DNA of 64,000 bases from Fistulifera solaris (taxonomy: Eukaryota). Below the pieces are notes generated by a model. The model saw only the letters and a program-made list of their open reading frames with translations, was not told where the DNA came from and ran no database searches. This document shows positions 21,967 to 34,400 of the stretch, piece after piece; position 1 is the first letter of the stretch, and each line of letters begins with the position of its first letter. The stretch covers positions 372,001 to 436,000 of the forward strand of contig AP026134.1 of NCBI GenBank assembly GCA_030295235.1, read 5' to 3'. The translations under genes and the position numbers were made by a program.

Positions 21967-24070
21967 AAGTAAAAGCGAGGACAGGGGTCGATCAGCAATT
22001 TCGCAATTGCCGGTGTTGAGTTTTTATAAGTCTCATTTGGCTTATTTGGTACCACGTATCAAGATCGAAAATTTCGACGACTACAGCCCTCAGTGCCGGT
22101 TATCCGTGAGTGTGTTTCGAGTGTGGGAATGATGCATGCGGTCCCCACTCGAAAAATAGAACTTCGAAACGTAGAACGCAAGGGTACGGTGGATTTATTT
22201 TGTTCTTTGTTCGCCGGAAGAAGACAAAAGACCATTGGTACCAAATACCTAAAGGACAGCACGGAGTCATCAAGACTCAAGACGGCCACCCAATAATGAC
22301 GAGGAATGCGAAAAGAATAGCTCCATTAGTTGTGCCTCGAAATCTTAATCTAGCTAAATAAATCTCTGGCCCCAAATCGGAGTACATTCATGTATGAAAA
22401 GTTAGAAAACTTAAATTTAACCAAAAACAATGAGTACACGATGTGGTGAAAAGACCTAACCAGTGAGAAGTGCCTCTACATCCTACATCAGGTTTGAGAG
22501 TACTTTCGTCAGGAGGCCGTGAGCGATACGTGGCTGTGATTGTGTTGCAGGTGAAAGTAGACTTTGTACTTTAAGAGCAGGTGGTCAGTGGTCAATCGTG
22601 AATTAAGTGATCGTGAATCGCAGTAGCGGAAGTAGAATGTGTTGAGCGGCGAGGTTTTGTTAGGTAATTCGGTGGTCATAGGTCATAGATGATGAATTCA
22701 TCGAATGCATGTGTGTCATGTGTCATGCAATGAACGTCCAAATTTGCGTTTACGTAGACGTTTTAGTGGACAGTGGTGTGTCTTTCGAGATCGATTTTAG
22801 ATCGAAAAGGTCTTCGGAAGGTTCATCGAAGATCGATAAATCGGTGTTTCGTCCGCGTCAAAGCCTAGTGTCCAATTTCTGTTATGTGAGTACAAAAGCT
22901 ATGTAATGATCTGTGTACTAAAGTTATTGCAGATTGCGAATCCGAGCCCGCGAGAACGTTCATTTCATTCGCCGCCAGGCCCAAGTTCCTTTGTCCAATC
23001 CGGATGTGGGATCCAGCTTGATTCATAAACACGACTCGTGATAACTTTTTCACGATTCGTCTCGTGAGAAACGAGACGGAGACGATGACGTTGATGGTCG
23101 AATGTACGCCGGTCGCTTGACAGGGTCGAGCGATCCGTCCGAAATCGTGTCAAAGGTTTCGGATGTGCGTTGTCGGCCGGCCTCGCCCGCCGAAACCCGG
23201 GACTGAAAGCGCGAGGAGAGCATAGAAAAGAGAAACTGTGAGGCGCTACATCATCGCACGTCACATTTCGGTCGCTCTCTCTACTGAAATATTTCGGAAT
23301 GGGTGTCGCAGTGAGCCCAGTCTAAAGGCTCAATGTCGCAACTATTTCGTTCTCTCGCAGTCAGCGTTGAACATCTCCGATGTCTCAATTGACACATACC
23401 GCACTATTTTTTCATTGGCCTAGATGCTAAATTTGTGACGGGTCAAAATAGAAAAGAATGCGTTGTGCCAGCGGTTATCCGGCATTTCAAGGCATACCAC
23501 GTCAAGGCAATAGGCAGGAACTCCTAAGGAATGATATCGGGTTGGGTCATCCACCGCTGTTGATTCGGTTGAAGTATGAGCCTGCGCTTGATCTCGACGA
23601 AGCAGAACGCTTTGCTGGCATTATTTAACAGCAGTGCTTTATCCCGCCGCAACCTAATACCTTATTGACTAATTGACTAACCTTTTTACATCCCATCACC
23701 ATTACCAGTTCATTCTACTTACAGAAAAAAAGCAAAATGGTGGGTCGACTTTTCATCTATTTTGTTCGCTTTTTCTTTTGGCGGTCTCGTCCGCGTGTGG
23801 TCCGTTATGTCGATGTCATGCGGTACTGGTCGGACAATACTTTGTATATATGACGGTCAAGGTGCGGACGATGAGCAGAGTTCAACATGGACCCGCACAC
23901 CCACACAACGGCACACACATCAAGTTCATGTCGGGGGCTACGCTTATTATTATAATTAGTCTTGTCAGTCATCTTGTGGAAAGCTTGATATTCATTCCGT
24001 ATAGCATTACTCATCACTTTGATAGTGTGGATTGATAGACGCATTATAATAACTGTGAGCCCACTCAGAA

Positions 24071-26137
24071 ATGCCGGCGCAACATGTACCGTTCTACCTC
24101 ATGCCGATCGCGGCTTTGTTGGGTCTTTACGCTGTGACGGCGGGGTTCCGGGTCGGTTCCTTGTTGTACGCCAACGCCACGAAACAACCCCAGCGCAAAC
24201 TATCGGCACGCGAACGTCTTCAACAACAATCAAAAGTAACGATGGTACCGCTGCAATCGCGGGAGTTTGCCTTTTGTTTCTTTCGTTCCTTTTGAGTCTT
24301 ATTGCGTACGCCTTTGTGGTGGCGCGAGTCGAAGCGGGCTTTTTGAAAGCCGAACGGGCTCTCTTTGATCCGTATGTGCTCTTGGGTTTGGATGCAAACG
24401 AAACTTATAATGCTACCACCATCGTGGAGGTATTTAAGAATGTTGTTAAGCAGCAAAGTGGAGCTACTTTGGAAGACATTAAATTCGCTTACCAAGCGCT
24501 TGCGGATGAAAGAGGCATGCTCAATTATAAAAAGTACGGGCATCCGCTCGGGGCGTTGGAAGTTGACGCATTCAATATGAAAATTCCGTCTTGGTTGCTC
24601 GTTCCTATGGGTCCTTATCGTGCGGGCGTCTACGTGCTTTACGGTCTCGCGGTGCTGTTCTGGTTCAGCGTGGCCGTTCAAGCGTATCGTCGCTATCAGT
24701 TGGAGAAAAAATTACAAGCCGACTCCGCACGAACCAAGAGTGAAGAAGAAAAAGCAAAAGCCGCGGGTGCCATGTTGGATGACTCGAATTCTGTATCGCA
24801 GGGGGATTTAGCTTTCATGATGAATCAATTGAAGCCAACCAGCGATTACCAGGATATTCTGTTTGGCATTTGCGCTGCACCGGACACTGTAGCGTGGGGA
24901 TTGCGTCAGTTGGATAAAGTGGAAGAGATTAAAAGGGAAAGAAAGGAGAAAGAAGCCGCCAACCGCAACGAAGGTACAACGAAAAGAAAGATGACGTCGA
25001 TCTGGGAGCGCTCCTGGATGAAGGTGGCTGGGATGATGAGGGTACTGAGGAAGTTACCAAGTCTTTTGAAGAGCGTAAAACGGAGTTGAAGGCGGTGACT
25101 GGACAAGCGGTCCAGCTTTTAGAAGGAGTTGACGATGGTGTGTTAGGACAAACTTGGGTGGAAAATGCTCTTGCCAAGGTGAACCAGTGGCCTCCTTCAG
25201 CTGCTGCCGTCCTCAAAAACGTTTCCTTCGAGTACAAGGGAGAAATTGTGAAAGACTTTCTGGATCATCCTGGCTTACGAAGAGTTCTTTGCATGACAAT
25301 GGGACGGCTTAACTCACATTTGCTCAACGGCCACCCGCAACTATTGGCGGCTGGCGCGAATAAGCTGATTGACCAGACATACTTCCGAGGATCAATGGAA
25401 TTTCGTCAGCGAGCAGGACTTCTGCTAGAAGGGACTTTAAGACTTTCTATGATGCTTCGTAGCTACCGTTTAGTTCATACGGTGCTTAAGACCGTGGCAC
25501 TATTTAGAATAGGTTGCCATGACACTCCCGAAGCTCTGAAGCTGTTCGAAACGATGATGCAGCGACAGAACAATTGCCTGCCACGTCTGGAAGTGCATTC
25601 AAAGTCCATTACCAGCGTTGATCATAGCGAAATCGCAACGGGGGATAAATGTGAGCTCGAAGTGGACATGGAACGTCTTCACGCCGAAAACTTTTTGAAA
25701 GCCAAGGTGGCTATTTGTCAACAGCAGGGTATTCCTCCGCAAGTAGCGCTGCAGGCATATCGTGAAGGATGGTGGCTCCTTTTGCGTTGCAAGAGACTGG
25801 ATGGACCAACGCCAGCGCAGCCTTTGAGTGTCGACATTTTACGAAACCTGAAAATTGATGACGCGCAGATTGACCTCTTTCAACAAGAAGATCCTGAGTA
25901 TCACTTACTAAGCGCTATTCCTGTGATTGTTTCGAATGTTGCGCAGCAACGTGGAAAGTTCCAGGTCAAATTTACGGCTCCTCATGAAGCTGGTAAATAC
26001 CGCTTTTTCTTGACAATTAAAAGTCAGGACTTTTTGGGGGCTGATCAGGAAATTGAAATAACTGAGACTGTTGTGGCTGCTTCAAGTGTTGGACGAGAAC
26101 CTATTTCCGCATCAGATGAACCCAAAAAGAGAAATAG
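24071..26137 (+). CDS. Sec63-like ER membrane protein with a degenerate J-domain (frameshifted)
   Basis: Two N-terminal hydrophobic segments; FDPYVLLGL...AYQALAD...NYKKYGHP.G J-like domain; third TM; C-terminal Ig-like part (EGWWLLL...FTAPHEAGKYRFFLTIKSQDFLGADQ). Frameshifts ~24275, ~24985, ~26125. Confidence 0.75.
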
Positions 26138-26286
26138 AAATTATTTTTTGGTGTTTTCGACCACGAGAATTTGTACTTCACATAGTTTTCGATGATGTCT
26201 AAATTCACAAAACTACTTGTTTATTAATGCGGAACACATAAGTCTATTTAATTGATTACTGGCAAAATGTATTGGTCGCTAAAATT

Positions 26287-28528
26287 TTACTTCTTTGCCT
26301 TGCCTTTCTTCGCCGCATCGGGATTCTTGGCCATGCGGAACGTAGAAGGCGTCACTTCAAGAATCTCATCAGCTGCTAGGTACTCGACACAGGCATCAAG
26401 CGACATGTCGATTGGAGCAACTATACCAGTAGCGATTCCCTTGTTGGCGGAGCGCATATTGGTTAAAGCCTTGGTCTTGGCCACGTTGACTTCCAAATCA
26501 CCTGGTCGTTGATGAATACCAATAATCATACCTTTGTAGATTTCGTCTTGCGGTTTGATGAACATTTTACCACGGTCCTGTGCTCCTTCAATACCGAATG
26601 TAGTTGCTACTCCATCGGCAAACGCCAGAAGCGAACCTTTATCACGCCCCTGAATTTCTCCAGGGATGCGCTCGCGGTAGGAATCGAAGACACTGTCGAT
26701 AATTGCAGTTCCTCGGGTTGCAGTGAGTAAAGCGGACTTCAAACCCAACATACCACGAGTTGGGACAAGGTACTTGACAACACTCAATCCTTCGCCCTCT
26801 TCGACGCCCATATCTTGAAGTTCTCCTTTACGCATGTTGAGAAGATCCACAACACTTCCGACGTAGTCTGAAGGAACTCTGACTTCAACACTTTCCCAAG
26901 GCTCTTCCGTTTTCCCAGTCTCCTCGTTAACCTTCAGAATAACAGTTGGTGGACCTACTTCGAGCTCGAATCCTTCACGTCTCATGGTCTCGATCAAAAC
27001 AGTTAAATGAAGTTGACCACGTCCAGATACTTCATATCGATCAGCAGAGTCAGTTTCCTCAACTCTCAATGCCACGTTGCGGTCAAGCTCCTTGAAGAGG
27101 CGATCACGAATCATGCGACTGGTCAAGAATTTTCCCTCTCTCCCAGCTAAAGGGGACTTGTTCACACCAATCGTCATGCGAACTGTAGGTTGTTCGACGG
27201 CAATAGGTGGCAGGGGACCAGCCGCATTGGCTCCGCCCTCCTCATTTGTCACCAGAGTATCTCCGATTTCGACGTCAGGAAGACCAGCAAACATCTACAA
27301 AACGAGGACGTGACGGTTAGCAAACCGAAAACTCACATTCGGACGAACACCCAATGATCGACTTACGATAATTTCGCCGGCCTTGGCTTCGTCAACTTCA
27401 CGCTTTCCAAGGTTGTCAAAAACGAAAAGGTTGGAAATTCGACCAGTTTTCTTATCCTTGTTCGGTGAACAAGGGCAACAGGTTGCCCATTCCGGATGAC
27501 GCCGTTTGTGATTCGTGCAATACCGAGCTTTCCTTTGAATTGATCAAAGTCAATGTTGCTCACCAAGCACTGCAAGTCATTAGGTTTCTCGCTGTCCACT
27601 GATGGAGGGGGAATGTCCTCCAAAATAGCATCAAGTAGAGGGCTCATGTCTTCCTCCAGTTTGTCTGGCGTGAAACCTGCTTTTCCTTGAAGACCCGAGG
27701 CATAAACAGTGCGGAAATCAGTTTGCTCATCGCTGGCACCCAAATCAACGAAGAGATCAAAGACAGTATCAAGTACATAATCCGGGCGAGCTGTTGGCCG
27801 ATCAATTTTATTCACGACAACGAGCGCTCGGAGTCCTTTCTGTAGAGCTTTGTCGAGCACAAATCGAGTCTGCGGCTTGGGGCCGTCGACACTGTCGACC
27901 AACAAAAGAACACCATCAGCCATGTTCAAAACACGCTCCACCTCGCCACCAAAGTCAGCGTGACCTAAAGAAAGATTTCATTTGCAGATGAGTATCTAAT
28001 TATAAATGCACAGCATACAGGGCGGGCAAGCGGAGTCCGTGCGTCTTCGTCGACATACCTGGTGTATCCAAAATATTGAACTTGGTGTCTTTGTACATCA
28101 CAGCCAAGTTCTTCGCCAAGATGGTGATTCCGCGCTCCCGTTCTTGATCTTCGCTGTCCATCACGCGGTCGCCGGCCTCTTTCTGTTGCGCCTCATCGCG
28201 AAAAATTCCACTCTGACGAATCAAGGCATCGACAAGTGTTGTCTTTCCGTGGTCAACCTGAAATATATTTCGATTGAGAAAGGGGAATCAAGTTACAAAG
28301 AAAAAATAAAAAGCAGGAACGTACATGGGCAATTACAGCGATGTTTCGAATCGCAGTGTTCTGTGTTTTGGTCGAATCTGCAGAGGTAGCGACGTCGTCG
28401 ACAACTGCCGATGAGAGACATGACGATTGCTGAGCCCAGAATACGCCAAAAGCAGGACGCTGCGTTGCGGTAAATGCAGCCGAAAGACTGGCTAATGAGA
28501 GTAGAGATAGTAATCGAAAGAATTGCAT
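26287..28528 (-). CDS. typA: Plastid-targeted ribosome-associated GTPase TypA/BipA
   Basis: LSAA-FTAT bipartite presequence; [65 protein letters not shown]; three introns; frameshift ~27465. Confidence 0.93.
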
Positions 28529-28955
28529 GGTATTTGTTACTTTCCCTTTTTTGTGTCTTTCTTAGTCGAAAAGATGCCCCAGGAAGAACAAAATGAAGTC
28601 AGAGGGCGAACTTTTGGAATCGAATGGCGAGCCAGTGCAAAAAGTATGTTTGAAATGAATCAGTCGTCGAATCTGTACCGTACGAAGTACAGGCAAAACT
28701 TTAAAACGGATAGTCGATTTTTGTTGTTTTTCCTTGGAAGTACGTGGAGCTTTTGTGTGGACCTGACAAGCAAAAAAATGTGACGTTTGCCAAAGACACA
28801 ACGGCAAGAAGAATGACGCGCATTACCAGTACGATTTGTACAGGATACCTTCTTGTGAGTCCCGTCCTGCCCTAACACGATTTGGAGTCGACGACGTCTG
28901 CGTAGTGCGTAACTCAATCTTAGGCTACTCGTATTATTCTGACTTTGGTCGATCG

Positions 28956-30404
28956 TTAGTTTTTCTTGCCTCCTTTCTCCCCCCTTGCTTAGTTCCGGTG
29001 GTCCTCTTACGAAAGGCAAAAGTCCTTGCCGCCCATGTAGGGTCGCAAGACTTCTGGCACGATAACTCCCTCCTCGGTTTGGTAGTTCTCGAGAATACAA
29101 CAGATACCGCGTCCAGTAGCACAGAGCGTCGCGTTGAGCATGTGGCAGTAACTGAGACGTGCCGTCAAATCGCCCTTTTCTCCTTTATCGCCACGGCAAC
29201 GCGTTCCGACACCTCGCGCTTGATAGTCCGTGCAGTTGCTGCATGAGACCAACTCGCGGTACGTGTTTTGGCCCGGAAACCATCCTTCCAAATCGTACTT
29301 TTTCGTAGCCGCGTCATTGAGTTCCGAGCTGACCAGACAGACTACGCGATAACCGATGCCGAGCGAGTCGTAAAAGTCCGTGGCACATTGCAGCATGCGC
29401 TTCTGTTCCGCTTGCGACAACTCGAAATCGTCGGCGGTCAAGCAGAACTGCTCAATCTTTTCAAACTGGTGAACACGGAAAATACCTCGAATATCTTTGC
29501 CGCTCGATCCTGCTTCTTTACGAAAGCACGTCGAGATACCACAGTATCGGAGAGGCAACTCCTTGGGCGAGAGCCAATCGTCTTTGTGGTAGGCGCAAAG
29601 TGGCTGTTCACTCGTAGCAATCAAATACTTTTCCGAACTACCATCAGGGTCATCAGTTTTTCCCGAGACTTTATACAGCTGCTCATCAAAATCATCTAAT
29701 TGCGCGATGCTGGACATGACTTCCTTCTTCATGAAGAAAGGAGGTTGCACGACATTGTAACCTCGTTCTTGCAAGAACGCAATACTGTAATTTATAATGG
29801 CTTGATTGAGTAAGACACCAGCATTCGTGAGGAAATAAGCGCGATGTCCACCCACTTCGACGCCTCGCGTGGGTTCGTATCCCCCAATTCGCCAGAGAAG
29901 TTCATCGTGCGTCATGGGCTTACTTTCGGGCATGGTGTAGTGCAACTTTCCGGCCGCACAAGGGAGCAACCCCGGGTTCGTCGCCATTTCCGGTGGTTCG
30001 GGCTTGAGAGCAATCACCAAATTATCTTCTTCTTCATTGTTACTGATAGGTACTTCCGGGTCGACCATATTTCCGATACCATTCAAAAGAGCATCACGTT
30101 TCTCGGCAATGATGGGGAGCTGATCTTCCATATCCTTGATGTTCTGTTTCATCTCCGCAAGCTTCTGAACTTCGGCGTCGCAGTTTTCCTTAGCTTTCTT
30201 TTTCGGTGTAATCACATCTTTCTGGTATCTGTTAACTTCTTTGCGTGTTTCGTCGATAGTTCCTCGCAAATCACGCCATTCGGCATCGAGCTCAAGGACC
30301 TTATCAACAATGGAGGGATCTTTATAGCGCTGCTCCATGTACGTCTTCCATTTGACGGGGTCGCCGCCCTTGTAGTCGCGAAGCTCGTTAATATCAATAG
30401 GCAT
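28956..30404 (-). CDS. SARS: Cytosolic seryl-tRNA synthetase
   Basis: YLIATSEQP, CFRKEAGS.GKDIRGIFRVHQFEKIEQF, ELVSCSNCTDYQAR, HMLNATLCATGR; C-terminal frameshifts near 29020 and 28980. Confidence 0.95.
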
Positions 30405-30725
30405 GGTGAGCAAGAATGAAAAGAATGGTCAGGATAGATTATGATTGTCACGAGTACTACGTATCAAGCAACCGAAACCTTTTAATCTGTTGCGTTCTTC
30501 TTGACGGTTTACCGCCGGTCATTCGAACCATTTGACGATTGACGACGCGACGACGGCTGCAAAGAATGATGTCTGTCCGCTGACAGTTGTCTCAGGGCTG
30601 CACGCGACTTTGCGACAAACGTCATCATGCCTGGTATTATTTGTAGTGTCAAGTGATACCACAAATAAATTTTTTTTACGTTTTAACTAGCCTTGTAAAG
30701 TCATACTCCGTACTACCAAAAGATG

Positions 30726-31215
30726 TTAACGGATCTCTTCTTGAGTAAACTCAGGATTGAGGAACGAGACAATGTTTCGAATGTCTACGTACAATTCGTG
30801 TAGGTCTCGTAGGTAAGTTATCGAGAAAGGGGGTACCCGGATATTGTATAAAGCCATCATCACTTTCTCCGACATGGCTATTGCGCGCTAATAAGTGATA
30901 ATCGGCATCTAACTGACTTCAATATGTAGAAATCAGGAAAGATGCAACGCTTCGAATGTCTACGTAAATTTCATGTAGCTCTCATAGGGAAATTTGCCGA
31001 CAGAGGACAACCCGAATATTAAAATAATTCGCGCACACCATTTTTCGAGTCAAACCCGTAGCAATGTAATCTTCGCTTTCTTCTACGTGGATAACTCGAT
31101 CTCCTAAGCGATAATCGACATCAAATTGAGTTTAATACGTAAAAAGCAGGAAAGAGATGCCTCGCTTCGAATGCAAAGTATCGACGTAGATTTTGAATAG
31201 CTCTCGTACTGGGAA
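30726..31215 (-). repeat. Three degenerate tandem units (~175-215 bp) with residual coding signal
   Basis: Shared core ttcgaatg..tacgta....t..tgtag.tctc.tagg and taag.gataatcg.cat..a.tga.tt.aata.gta.aaa.caggaaaga on the + strand. Confidence 0.7.
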
Positions 31216-31465
31216 CTGTATTGTATTACGTTGTCGTAAATTTTGAGTGGTCACATTAGTGGCTATGCGACATCATGCGACTATCAACAGTACGCACTCT
31301 ATCGATACGAGCGCGAAGCAGACTTTTAGGCGGAGAAATGCAATGCAAAACGAGCAAACGCCATTTTCAACTTTGGGTGACTTCTTTGTTCCTAATGATA
31401 TCATTCTCGATATATCAAACTCGTCAAGATAAAGGAAAAGTCACTGAAGATTGCTTTTACAGGCG

Positions 31466-34400
31466 ATGAATTTTGTGCAGCAGCTGGAGGAATGTCTCCG
31501 CGACTTGGCGGCCGAGGCGCGCAAGAATCATCCAGGGGTCAAAGAAGCCAGTGAACGCGCCACTCTCAGACTGCGAACGTTGAAAAATTCTTATGTATCT
31601 GCCGTTCGGCAAGCGACGTCCTCCGGAAAAGAACATCCGACGACAAAGTTGTTTCAGTCTTCGGACTTACTGCACCCTTTTCTCCTCGCCGCCAACTATC
31701 CTTACGCCTCTAACGCCTTGTTGGATATTTCTTTTCGGGCCATGAAGCTTTTAATGGAAGCGGATGCTGTCGTTCCCTCAGATGGCTTGAATATGATCCG
31801 CGTGTGGACGATACAAGCACATGTTGTAACAGCGTACTATCAAAAGCATTTCGCGAAAGAGTTGAAATCCTTTCAATCGGAGGAGAAATTAGTGGGAGAA
31901 GAGGCTTCGGTACCAACCGCCCCACCTGTCGCTACTGCAACTTCTTCCAGCTGGTTCAGTTGGGGTTCGAGCACCGCATCTACTACAACCGCTGCGGATA
32001 ACTCGCTGTCTACGTCAAGTTCTTTGAATGAGTCTTCCAGTAAACTATCCGTCAAAAATGCAGTAAGCAGTTCCAGCGGTCAAACAGGACAAGGGTCGCT
32101 TTCTCCCACAGCTATGGATAAGGCTGCCCTAGAAATTTTGTCCTGTTTGTTGCAGCTGATAGAACGGCTGAAAGGATATTCGGAAAGTCTCACCCCGGAG
32201 GTCTGGACGAATGCCATGTCGTTGGCCTGCCTTTGGCTTTACAATACCCCCAATCGCCATAAGGTGCAACAAGCTGCCCAATCTACAACCGTACAAATTC
32301 TTGAGCTTTTATATCATGTGAACAGTCATGACAGCAAACTGATTACAAACACTTGGCAAGATCTCTTGACCTTGGCCATGTCTTCGCCAAAGACACTGTC
32401 GTTGACGGGAGCTTTTTCGTTGTGTCGACGTAGTCCGGGGACGACGGTGGCCAGTCCGCCGTCGTCGGAATTCGCGCTCGAACTAATGACGCAAGTGTGG
32501 AAAGACGGGAAGTTTCGACCGAATGACACGTTGTTGATGAAAACTTTTAGTCTGACAATGGGCTTGTTGGAGCAGATTTCGAAGCTCAGCGTAGAGCGAA
32601 CGCTACGTGCTTTGCAATGGAGTTCCATACTCTTTCAAAGAGAATCCGTGCTATTCCCGAACGAGTGTCGTGAAATTTTTGCACGCATTATAAAGCCTAT
32701 AGTAACTGCCACGGATGCTTGTCGGAGCCACCACGACTTTGAAGATGGCTACGTGTACACGTCCAAAGAAGCATCACTGGAAGAGAGTTCGGACACCACG
32801 CCAACAGATAGAGGTTTGAAACGGCGTAGTGAAAGTCTTTCATGTTTCTTTCCGAAACCCATACTGTGGAAGGCGAGCTTTTCGTTGGAGGTCATTTATA
32901 CTGCGCTAGACGTAGAAAGTAATGCGGGTGGCGTACTTTTCGATGATGCCAGACTCGTAGCTCAGATTGCCGAAGCTTTAAGTCATTTTGCGACAATTGG
33001 GGCGAGCTGTCGAGACCACATTCTACAAATTGTTGACTTCTGCAATTTCCAACATGCTACAAATCACAAACCAGCGTCAATGAGAAAGGCCGAGATAGCT
33101 ATTTTATCAGGTGAAACATCTGTATTCTCCGCAACTTCTCAGAAAGCGAATGAAAAGGGTAATGCCAACCATTCTTCAGTTCTCGGTGAATGTATTTATG
33201 TCTCATTGCAGTCAATGCTTCGGATAGCATATTGTCTCCGAGACGTGAAAAACTCAGTGAATATCTTAGAAGATTCGTTTGCTCCTTTCCTCGCTATACT
33301 GCAACACTTCATGAAACGCTTTACAGGTTCGCCGTCCCTTGTTAGTATGGCTCTCGATGGTTACACATTCCTATCCGATGTCTGTCTTCCACTGGAAAAC
33401 AATTTAATGCAGAGAAAAGCGTTGCTCACTTCAGTTTCGAAACTCTCGCTGCCCTCGTGGGGAAAACATGACCCATCAACTCGAGTAAGTCATTCCCCAG
33501 CGCTTCGCTTCTAGATGAAAGGCTTTCGCTTGATTATCTAATTTGTCTCGATTATAAGCTTGGTGCGCATCACATTCGTGCCATAATTTGTTTACTGAAA
33601 ATTGTGCACCAGCATTTTGATATCATTCTGTCAGATTGGGATTTAATTTTATGGACTTTCGAGGAATTGTCAATTATCCCCATTGCATCTCCCTTGCTTT
33701 GTGATGAGGGATTATCACGCAGCTCTTTCAATAGCTGCTGTTTACGAGCGATTTGCACCTTTTTCCACCTGTTTCGGTGACATTAGCGTAGTGAAGATGG
33801 TCGAAACGTTGGCTGAAATTTGCGAAACGTCAATGCGGGACAGAGACATAGTTGGTGATTCCGAAACCGTACTTCCTGAGATTTCATACTCGGGTGAGAG
33901 CCAAGACAAGGCAGTGGACGGCCGGGGAGAAACTATTGGAGGAAAAATTATGAGTATGGGGGTAAAGGCTTTGTACGGTTCTTCCGGTGACGAGAATGGG
34001 AAGGCGGACGGTCATACTCCCATCGCCACGATTAGAACGAAGAACGTCTTCTATGAAGAGTATAGACACTTCTTCGTGCAGCGGCTCATCTCCTCGAAAC
34101 ACACTGTTCGAGTTAATTCTTTGGGGAGAGTCCCGTTTGTATTGATGCTGCTAGCTGATGTAGCCATATCAAACTCTTTTCGGTCAAAAGAATGTCAGGA
34201 AGTATTTTCAAATCAACTTTCAAAGCTTGCTGCCTCAACTCCCGCGGTTCGACCGTTTGTTATGGATGTGATGACATTGTTGATCATGACACGGCTTTCC
34301 GACGATATAGCTTCTCCGACCAGGAATCTGGGTCCTGGAAAAGTTTTATTTCGAGATCCTATGTTAAGCCAACTTTTGGCTAGTGAACGAAAAGAAATGA

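Noticed and set aside
23560..23620. TPP riboswitch-like element
   Set aside because: Lacks the CUGAGA and other core consensus elements; no thiamine gene adjacent
29268..30419. Plus-strand ORFs of 143 and 191 aa
   Set aside because: Antisense to seryl-tRNA synthetase
30726..31215. CRISPR-like array
   Set aside because: Units are long and degenerate with no unique-spacer structure, there are no cas genes, and the context is eukaryotic
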